From the NCBI GenBank assembly GCA_040143965.1, contig JASJQH010000060.1:1-36038 (forward strand): DNA of 36,038 nucleotides, in the 5' to 3' direction. The notes beneath the pieces are model-generated. The model saw only the letters and a program-made list of their open reading frames with translations, did no database searches and was not told the origin of the DNA. Below, piece after piece: positions 1-9,475 of the stretch. Position numbers and translations under genes: made by a program. Origin of the DNA: Basidiobolus ranarum (lineage: Eukaryota). The first letter of the stretch is position 1. Each line of letters opens with the position of its first letter.

Positions 1-564
1 GTTTGGGAATGATACTATATTAATACTTGGTAACTGGTCGGCTGGAAATGAAAAGTATCATGAGCCCAATAGAGGTGTCGGAATGAGAAAAATGTTAGCC
101 AAAGAAGGCTTCCAGCTATACCTCCTTGACGAGTTTAAAACTTCAAGTCTGTACCTACTTGCCAGAACGGTGAACTGGAAAAGTTTCGAAAAGTACAAAA
201 TCCTAGACCATACAAAAGAGAAAAGTATCCTATTGGCTATCGTCACGGCCTTTAAACGCTTTTTATATGCAAGTAAAAAATTCAAACCTGATTTCTGTTC
301 TGGTGTAAAAACCAACAGTGTTTAAAGGTTGCGGCCAATACTACTGAAGATTTTCCCCTTCGTCTTTGGAATTGTGACCTGGCTGCTACTTTGAGCTTTA
401 GGCATATCCTTTTTAACTTGCGCCCATATGGGGAAAGACCAGAACGTTTTTGCAGATTGAAGGAACCTCTCTCCACCGGGTATAAAAGAAAGAGTATCTC
501 GTCAGCTAGCAGCAGTCGACCAACTCAAAAAGCAAACAATCCTGTGTGGTTAGCGCTACACTAA
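1..564 (+). pseudogene. C-terminal part of a decayed Fanzor (eukaryotic TnpB-like RuvC nuclease), 5' part outside the window
   Basis: Manual translation. Frame 2: FGNDTILILGNWSAGNEKYHEPNRGVGMRKMLAKEGFQLYLLDEFKTSSL. Frameshift at ~152-154, then PTCQNGELEKFRKVQNPRPYKREKYPIGYRHGL. Stop-rich intron-like gap at 253-303, then CKNQQC...RLWNCDLAATLSFRHIL...GERPERFCR...TAA (562-564). G[D/N]WS, DEFKTSxxCPxC, HGLLRC and WNRD-like motifs recall the RuvC/zinc-finger C-terminus of fungal Fanzor proteins. Confidence 0.85.
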
Positions 565-590
565 ACATTTGATACAGAGTAGGTCTTTGA

Positions 591-710
591 CCACTTTATT
601 TTTTGCCATGTGTCTTCACCTGTCTCCAATTTTTTGTGATTGTCCCATTGATTTTATGAAATGTCTAATTGCTTTCTTTAATTCCTCTCATTTTAGATTA
701 AAACACTGTA
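591..710 (+). mobile_element. Right end/terminal repeat of a Tc1/mariner-type element carrying the Fanzor ORF; ends ...AAACACTG (708) followed by TA (709-710)
   Basis: A CACTG|TA terminus is typical of Tc1/mariner. The boundary is supported independently because similarity to the inverted copy at 8512-8629 stops at this position. Confidence 0.75.
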
Positions 711-1546
711 GCACCCAACAACGAGCAACACATCGAATACCACTGGAGGTTCGCCGAACTAGAATTAAGATCGAGTAATAGGATCTGGTGCATCCATATA
801 CCTTGTCCACCCTAGTGTAGGCGAAGTCTTTATCCTTGTAACCTTGGCCAAGTATTTTGTGAATGAACGTCCTTCATATGCATTGAGAACTAGAGGGCTT
901 AGTGAAAATCGAGCTTACTGAGTCAATGAAAGAAACGGATGATATTTACACTGCAGCTATTCTTAAAATTCAGCCCCTTTAGAGAGAATTAAGAGATTGC
1001 TCAGATTCAATGGTTTCTTGCCACTTCATCGTTTGTCAATTGACAATAAGTGTTAAAGATCTTCTAAATTTCGTTTCAATTAGAGTGCAAGTATATTACA
1101 AGCTCTCTTTTAATTAACATATTACCGAAACGCATTATTTTTTGACACCGTATTTTGGCACCATACCCCTTGTCTATTATCGATGGTCTTCAGGCACTTT
1201 GCAGGCCCTGTTTGAGATGTTGCTCATACTCTTCATTTCTTGTGCCCAGACACTCATCATTTGTCAGTAGGCTTTGGCACTTCATTGGAAATGTTACCTA
1301 TCTGCCCTTTTCTGCCCATACACCTAGGGCAAGGTATGCAAATCAATCGGAAATTTCTTGTGTATTTAAAACTTCAACTCTATAGCTCAAACCTGGTTAG
1401 ACTAATAGCCATTTCTCTAATTAGTAGTACTTTGATCAAATTAAGCCATTAGCCAATCATCATTATATACCCAATATATATATGTCGAATTTCTATCATT
1501 TAGTCCAGATATATAGTAATTTATATATACACTCACAGTACCTTCT

Positions 1547-1606
1547 TCTCTTACACATGGAGCTATTTTCAGTCCATTCCTCTCTTACACATGGAGCTAT
1601 TTTCAG
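1547..1606. repeat. Perfect 26-bp direct repeat TCTCTTACACATGGAGCTATTTTCAG x2 (34-bp period)
   Basis: Copies at 1547-1572 and 1581-1606. Confidence 0.9.
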
Positions 1607-2873
1607 CAAGATATCATTATCAGGTGCATGTATTTTCTATATCTTGCCAATATGGAACACTACTCGCAGTCACTGTAACTTCACAGTTGGATAACTAATA
1701 GCCGGCACAACTTCACTTGCCCTGAATATTTATTAATCAGCCATGGCTCTATATCCCAAAGTAATTCAATTGATCGAACATGTGTTTATATCGCTAATAA
1801 TCATATCAAGTGTCTGATTATCATGATATCATTAGTAAATATCTATATAGAAACAAGTGCTCTACTAAGGCTTATTTGTAGTATATTATATTAGGGTTAC
1901 CAAGTCAAGAGTAGGGAATTCGGATATGTATTGGATGTGTGAGCAATATATTGGATCAATTAGCGATCACATACAAAATGGTACAGTGAACGAATTTAAT
2001 TATTTAGCATGTAGCAAGGAGAGAGTTAGGTAGAAGTCCCAGAGTGACAGGGATCGACTGTAAGTATTGCTTATTACCAGCTTATTGCTTCAATACATGT
2101 TGTGTCCAATGTATGGCTTCAACACATGTCGTGTTCAACAGAGTCAGGGCTTATCTTTAATGACGGTAGAAGTTTTTTCCGGGAGTGGTACAAAAAATGA
2201 AAGCCACAATATCCGCTCCATGTTCCGGATATTAAGTCAAGATTCAGATATTTTTCAGATTCCCATATGTGCCAAAGTTGAGCCAATCGATAACGACCAT
2301 TGAATCTGACCTGTACCGAAAGTTCGACTATGTAGCACAATTCTTGAGAAAAAATCCACTTTGGTACTAACAATGGCAATATCAGTTGGGTGTGAGTGCA
2401 AGTGCAAGTGGCAAAGTGAACGAATCTTGGTGGAATTGATTAAACTTCTTTTCATGTGATACATGATCGGATAGTTGTAGGAACGTATGTATTGGAGCAT
2501 ATATTGGAGCACATATTGGATCTACCAACTCCCCACGATCAAATTTACCACTATTGGCTGAGAGCCAGCTTTATGTCGTCATATAGTGAATGGTGATTTG
2601 CGTAGGTTTGACGGAATTTTTAGAATGTCATTGGATAATATGCCTGAGTAAAGATAAAGAGGTTCCTTTAAAAGGCGCCTGTGGGATGGCATGTAGCGCT
2701 TAACCCCGCTATCCCCTCGATTTTCTTTTAAAGTTTAGTTGTGTTGTAGTAAAGTGAGGACTGATCTTAATACATATCTTGACCAAGAAACTGGTCCAAT
2801 AACGTTCAACTAAATATTGTACGAACCCACCTCAGTTTGCTATTCATTTTCCAACACATAACGTTATAGAGCA

Positions 2874-5247
2874 ATGACTGCACCTATCATTCAGGGACTC
2901 TTTCAGGGCAGAGAGTTGAATCTTCTGAACATAGCTAAACGCCATTTTCCATTTGGCGTTTGGATCACTCGATACAATCGAAAATGGTTGCTAGGGGATG
3001 TCATTGCAGGTATCACAATTGGTATCATGCTAGTCCCACAGGTTAGTGGAACTTGAATGTTTAATCTTGTTGAGTTGTAATAACTGAGAGTATTTGATTC
3101 TCCTAGGCACTCGCGTATGCGCAGCTAGCGACGGTACCTGTTCAATACGGACTTTATTCCTCATTCCTTGGGATTGCTATCTACTGCCTCTTTGGTACAT
3201 CTAAAGATCTTTCAGTAGGCCCGTCAGCAGTCCTATCCTTGTATATAGGTGTTGCATTAGAGCCTCTGGTATCCCAGGGCTATGATCCTGTTCAATGCGT
3301 CATAACTATGTCGTTTTTAATCGGCTGTTTTTCTCTTGGGCTGGGGATCTTCAAGCTTGGCATTGTTCTTGATCTGATTTCTATCCCAGTCATCAAAGGT
3401 TTTACTGCGGGAGCTTCGGTTACCATTTTCTTCAGTCAGGTGAGATTGCCAATTGAGCTGTACTAGCAAACTATGTAATTATTAAGCAATGGATTTAATC
3501 TGTAGGTTACCTCGTTGCTTGGAATCACTGGCGCCAAAGCACAAGGCCCCATAATAGATGTCATCAAGGCAATTGTCCAGGCACTTCCACGAACAAGGTG
3601 GCAGGATGCTCTTGTTGGATTTAGTGGTATTGCTATGATGATCTTCCTCAAATGGATATCAACCAAATTCAGTCACCTTCATCCCGCTGTTAAAATGATT
3701 GGGATTGCTCGCAGTGCTATTTGTGTGATATTCTTTACTTTGGTCGCTTTTATCATAGCAAAAGTGCAAGGTGAAGGAGTGGTTACTCTTGTAGGAACTA
3801 TTCCCACTGGATTTCCGGATCCTGCTGTGCCCCGGTTAGATCCCGCATTCCTTTCTCAGATCGTCGGTCCATCAGCCATAGGACTTATTGTGGCCATCAT
3901 TGAACATACCGCATCTGCCAGAACCTATGGTAAGATATATAATCACTAAGATGCATTTGATCTATCACTAACATGTCTTTTCTCAGGTCGTTTGAATCAT
4001 TACAAGACTGATAGCAGTCAGGAGTTCGTTGCTGTTGGCGTATGTAATATAATCAACAGTTTCTTTAGTGCTTTTCCGGTTACTGGTGCGTTATCGCGTA
4101 GTGCCGTGATTTCCCAATCTGGGGTTAGAACACCAGCCAGTGGAATTTTCACCAGTGTGGTAGTGATGCTGTGTTTGAATTTTCTACCACCGGTCATGTA
4201 CTTTGTCCCAAAACCAGTGCTGGCTTCTATCATTATGGTCAGCATCATTCCGTTGATATGTGGATACAGTGTGTACAAGGAGCTATGGGTGATTCAAAGT
4301 AACAAAGTGAATGTATTCATTCTCTCAGCTTTATCAAAAACTAACTTCCCATTCATCTAGAATCCGATATGATAGCTTGTCTCTTAGCATTCTTAGTGAC
4401 TATATTTACCAATATCCAAACAGGCATTGAGGTTGCAGTTGGTTTCTCTCTGTTAATCAGCTTACATAGAATAGCTAGACCAAAGTGGCAAATGCTTGGA
4501 GAGGCGGTTGAAGAACCCGATGTATATGTGGATAGATGGTCAAATGACTGGGCCACCTATCCACCACCTCCAGGAATCATTATCTTCCGATTCTCTGAAT
4601 CCATTACTTTCTTGAATGGAGAGTATTTCAAGAATAAAGTGATGAATGCCGCATATATCGCTACCGAGCCAGCAGAGAAATCAGCGGGTTCTTGGGGAGA
4701 GCGCGTCTGGTCTGATGATAGAGATTCTCGTATTGGCCGCATCCGGAATACATTCAACCGACGCCTACCCCCAAATGCAATGACACGACCAGGTGAAATG
4801 AAAATCAAAAGAGTTAATACCGCTGATAGTACCTATGACCGCGAGCATTCCCAGAGTCACATTCCAATCGAGATAAATGGAGAGAAGACAGCCGAACTTC
4901 CGACTTTACGAGCAGCGATTCTAGATTTTAGTGGAGTGAATCAAGTAGATTTCGCAGGTTTACAATGCTTGCTAGACTTGAAGTCACAGCTTACCGATTA
5001 TGCCGGGAATCATGGGTTCGAACTTCACTTCGTAGGGTTAAAATCCAACGTGTTGAGACGTATTGAACCTTCGGGTATTACTAAACACCCAGATGATGGA
5101 CCAGAGGATAATCACCGTTACATTCATATTAGTATCAAGGATGCGTTGAAATGTATTATGGAAGATTGGCATCATCAGACATATCTACCCCCACCTGACC
5201 CAGTCGAGAAGCTCGAAGATATGAGGATTCACATGCATCAGGCCTAA
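2874..5247 (+). CDS. SulP/SLC26-family sulfate/anion permease with C-terminal STAS domain (about 5 exons)
   Basis: GDVIAGITIGIMLVPQ|ALAYAQLATVPVQYGLYSSF, QEFVAVGVCN, FPVTGALSRSAVISQSGVRTP; STAS motifs IIIFRFSESITFLNGEYF and AILDFSGVNQVDFAGLQCL. GT-AG introns at approximately 3042-3106, 3440-3505, 3929-3986 and 4307-4360. Confidence 0.93.
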
Positions 5248-5719
5248 ATTATAAGATGTTAATTATTATATCCCTCTAATATGTATTAGAATCCTAATTT
5301 GAATTACACTATGGCTAACTTGTGTTGAATCCCGCATTTCTTCCATTCATATCTTTCTTTTTATACACACGTGGGTTTACAAGTTAAACGAAATAAGGTT
5401 CATTGTTTTCTAGTAAAGTATCTCATTATAAGCCTCCCTTTTAACCTTAAAGGATATAGACATATGGTGTGAAAATTGCGCCACATAGGCCAGAATTTCC
5501 ATTTAATCTCTCAATGCTGGGCCTTGTTGTAACCCTAAGCATATGTCAATGAATGTTACTCTTAACTCCCATCATATTTACCAGTACCATAGAAACAGGA
5601 TTACTGCATATACATATATATATAGCCTGTTCACGTATTTACCGAGAAACATTCAAACCTTTGTCACCTCATCGTAGGACAAAGTTCACTTCAATATTCA
5701 TTTGTTGATTTGGAATTAT

Positions 5720-6620
5720 AATAATAAAAAAATGGGATCAGCTACACTATTGATATCTTATTGGTAATTCAACGCGCAAATTTCTTACTTGGATGAGCTT
5801 GAGCAATTGAAGTAGAGACGGGAGAGCGAACAGCAAGTACAAGGAGAACCTTATAATGACGGCATGCAAGTTGCTTCCATCATTCTTGAAGCTGCTCAAT
5901 CCCTATTCTAACGACTTTCACTCAATTATGCTGATTCTAGTTAGATATTTGCTAGAGGACTCTATTGAGGGTTGGGTTTTTCCGGTTATGACAGTGACCT
6001 AAGATCCCTTTTATGAGAGTTTAGAGTGGCCAAAAAGAGATCATAAAAACCCACTCGGAGTGGGGGAACTGGGTTAGCAGTTACCCGTCATCACCACACC
6101 TACCCCCAAAATATCTTCAGTTCATCAGTAGAACCCTCAGCCTCCTTACTTCTTAGGTTCCGATTATACACTCGCAAATCTCACCAGGCTCACAACTAAG
6201 GCCTATCTTCCCGGTGAAGATGGCAGGAGCAGAAGTGAAACGACAATAAGTGAAATCAGATCCGTAAAAAATGAGAAAAACCAAGAGATCCTTCCAACTT
6301 ACTTCCAACACCTTGGAAAAGAGTCATAAACTCTAAGTAAGAGCAGTTCGACACACACTTAGGGTTAAGTATCAAATACAACGCCAAAGGTTATCAAGCC
6401 TAAACTTGGTTCCCCTTTGTTTTTTGCGAGGTACCTTCCACTTAAAATGATCAGACCGTCGTTATCCCGTGAAACCGTCAATTTCTTGACAATGAAAAAC
6501 TTCGCCCTCAATAGAATACTTTGTTAACTTACGCAAAAAGAATATCATGGCTCCACAGCCTAGTCTGTAGCGTCCCACAAAAAAAGGACCGCACCCGCCG
6601 CGCGTCACGAGTTATAGCAG
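5720..6620 (-). ncRNA. TER: Candidate telomerase RNA (~0.9 kb); ends approximate
   Basis: Minus strand, in order: terminal helix 5' strand (6578-6526); core-enclosing helix (6517-6494 with 5982-5959; 6480-6474 with 5995-5989); template UAACCCUAA (6367-6359); pseudoknot GAGUGG-GUUUUUAU-GAUCUCUUUU-UGG-CCACUC-UAAACUCUCAU-AAAAGGGAUC (6056-6003); three-way junction (5897-5828); terminal helix 3' strand (5782-5732); U-rich tract (5732-5725). Most helices contain G-U pairs that work only on the minus strand. The ORF track shows no ORF here. Confidence 0.82.
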
Positions 6621-6647
6621 CCAAAGAACCACTTTAATCCATGTAGC

Positions 6648-6655
6648 TATTTATA
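6648..6655 (-). promoter_or_regulatory. TATA box (TATAAATA) upstream of the candidate telomerase RNA
   Basis: Plus strand TATTTATA at 6648-6655, about 70 nt upstream of the first strand of the terminal helix. Confidence 0.55.
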
Positions 6656-6924
6656 CCTCTGCTCATTTGTTTTGATTTGAATATAATGACGAATTAAATT
6701 TGATTGGATTGATAAGACTTAGATCAGTGTATATGCACTAAGAAAAATAAATGTATCATTCAATAGATTTTTATATATACCCTGGGGGCATATCTTTCTG
6801 ACGTTGATGGTATAAACATGACAGAGAGGAAACAAATCACTACCTTCACTCTACTGAAAGCGAACATTCATCCTCTTTCTGCTATAACCAGCACAATACT
6901 TGACTTCTCAGAGGGAATTTACCT

Positions 6925-8514
6925 ATGGAGCAGTCGGTAATTGATACAGTAAAGATCTTGATGTAATGGGTATATTAACACTCCCAAGTCTCTATTTTCC
7001 AATGGCTCGGAAGACAAGGATTTTGATAGTGATTGTACGGCAATATCCGACCCTCGAACGAATCAAATCAATTTAGGTGAAGAAAAAAGGCCGAGTGCTC
7101 AGACGAAAAAAAGGATTCTGGTATGTAGCAAACAATTTGGATGAAAATTACATGTAAATAATCAAATACTTTCAAACAAGTCCAACAATAATGCGATTAA
7201 ATCCATACATAAACGATACCTTTCGTTACCTCTATTGAGAAGTGCACTCAAAGACTCCGAGTTGAACACTATTAGAGAACACGGGTCGGAGGATCTGGAA
7301 GTTTCGGATAATCCAAACTCGGTTGAAACTCTTGAACAAGAGCTATCCACCGAAAACACTCATCAAAATGAAGAGATTCCAACAGGAAATATGGGTCTAT
7401 TAAAAAACAGAGTCCGTGAATTTGACGCGCTTTGCTCTGATATGTTGTTTACTGCTTCCACATATCATCAGAAATATGATCAATATAAATTGGATTTTAA
7501 TCAACAACAGCAAGATTTTTTCAACGATTTAACTACAAAATTCAAAGAAATGCCACTTGAGTTGGGTAACTCTTTATCGGAAGAGATAGGTAAAAATACT
7601 CGGATACTATGACTCTTGAATCCCAACTTATGCCATGATATAGTAAACATGATCAATACAAAGATTCAAGCTATTCAAACCAATGTCAAACACCAGCTAG
7701 ATCTAGAGTGTACTCGTACAAAAGAACAAATCACGGTTCATTTATTATACTTGCAATCCAACATCAACAGTTACTAAGCTCTTTATTCTAGCAAATTACA
7801 GATCAACTAAATCAACTAACACAATATTTCGAGAAGTTTAATGAAAAGTACTTGGACATGCTGGTAATATTGAAAGGTTGTAACCTACTTTGACTTTCCT
7901 TTCATATTCACTTCATATGATGTAGTCCAACCAGTCTGCTATCCAAGAAACTTTAAATCGACTTCGTCATACAGCACAATATCCAATATTTAGTAACAAG
8001 TGAGTGAAACAGCCTCAGATATGTGAACTTATTTCAAAACTAGATCAAATTACATACAGCAATTATCCATTGTTGAATCAGTTGCCCTCTATTGCCTTAA
8101 CTGATTTACAACATCAAGGTGTGTTAAGACAAAAGTTCAATCACCACTACATATCAGATGTTCATTTAGTATAGTTTTTATTGAAGAGATGACTTCAGTC
8201 TCTACCAAATCCTCAACAATCCATAACTTGGCTGAAGATAAATGTCCCAGTGATAGAGAGAATAGTAAGTAAATGAAGAGATTTCATAGATGCCAGGCTG
8301 TACATCATAATGAAAGGCTTTTCTTTAGTCACACGAGAGATATCTGTCTCCTCGGAGTCAACAGTAAGAAATAGGAATGATAGTTTGAACAAGATCAAAT
8401 CCGAAACTTCAAAGAAACGGACTAAAGTAAGCGTTTGTTTCATTAAGAATAAATGATTCATAGTCTCTTGGTTAATTTCTACACTTTTAGAAGCGTCGAT
8501 TATTGATCACTTAG
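6925..8514 (+). CDS. Multi-exon hypothetical protein with central coiled-coil region and basic C-terminus
   Basis: Exon chain with GT-AG introns: MEQS|SLFSNGSEDKDFDSD...KKRIL|SNNNAIKS...EFDALCSDML...SLSEEI|VNMINTKIQAIQTNVKHQLDLE...|QITDQLNQLTQYFEKF...|...SETSKKRTK|KRRLLIT*. Exon structure between 8000 and 8300 is uncertain. Confidence 0.6.
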
Positions 8515-8629
8515 TGTTTTAATCTAAAATAAGACGAATTTAAAAAATCAATTAGACATTTCATAAAATAAATGGGACAATCGCAAAAAATTCGAGAAAA
8601 GTGAAGTCACATGGCAAAAGAAATAGTGG
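8512..8629 (-). mobile_element. Second, inverted copy of the Fanzor-element end (solo remnant)
   Basis: Ungapped manual alignment to the reverse complement of 591-708: 103/118 identical. Begins TAGTGTTTTAATCTAAAAT versus CAGTGTTTTAATCTAAAAT. Weaker gapped similarity continues to ~8658. Confidence 0.85.
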
Positions 8630-9475
8630 ATGAAAACGCATGATTGTTCTAGTGTAGTATCAGCATCACACTACTTCGAAGATTCTATATCCGAGTCGTA
8701 ACATCGTTCACCCAGGCAAACATGATATATAGCTCTTCTCAATTTTCAAATCAATCTCATATTTTTCCCACTTCAAGGGTTCTTCAATTTTAGTAAATTT
8801 TAAAGGTTTATAATGAAAAGTACAAAAATCCAATTGTGGAGGTGTGAGGTTTTCCTTCCATTTAAAAGGATGAGAAAGCAAACGAAGTATCCCGTCTAAT
8901 TCATTCCGGGAGATATTTCGGGATGAAAGAAAATCGTTGGTCTTTAGTAAAGTATCTAATGAATCAATTGGTAGATGTATGAAGAATTGTAAATATCCAG
9001 AGATGACACGAAAGACAATGAATGTAATAAGGGAGTTGACCCGAGAGGGGAGGGGGTGAGAAGGGGTGAGAATCAAGACAATATATATCACTCTCATTTG
9101 ATTGAATAATAATGTAAAAATAGGTCGATGTGTGGGGGGGGGGTTCAAGGTAGGCATTAATATACATTCACGACAATGAGATGAGGTGAAGGGAAGGGCA
9201 TATAACCTAGGTAGTGATAAATAAGTCGCGATATTTTTTCTAATTATTGTGAAGATATTTTGAGAAGAGGAGAAAGAGAACGTATCTACATTGGTCGATG
9301 AGGAAGAATTTTTAGGGAATCGGAGTGGAAATGTTTCCCGTGCTAACTCATTAATCTGGCCTGGTTGATTCAAATTGAAATGGTATTAGGGAATTAATTC
9401 AACTATGGTTTTGTGCTTTTAGGATCTTTTGTGTTTGTTTCGGATTAGAAATATCTCTCCATATCTGTGGTCACC

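Noticed and set aside
5689-5788. GUAAGA (5788-5783) plus a branch-like GCUGAU as a spliceosomal-cleavage 3' end for TER
   Set aside because: Both lie inside the 3' strand of the predicted terminal helix, so cleavage there would remove it, and no Sm site precedes it. Not excluded without RACE.
5959-6517. Inverted repeat read as MITE terminal repeats or as a plus-strand RNA
   Set aside because: No target-site duplication. One internal loop would pair better on the plus strand, but nested helices, template, pseudoknot, TATA box and most G-U pairs point to a minus-strand structured RNA.
709-8511. Composite transposon carrying SulP and TER
   Set aside because: The two ends are in the wrong orientation to mobilise the intervening DNA.
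8708-9373. 221-aa minus-strand ORF
   Set aside because: No ATG start, no recognisable motifs, and it lies in the expected 3' UTR of the PNUTS-like gene.
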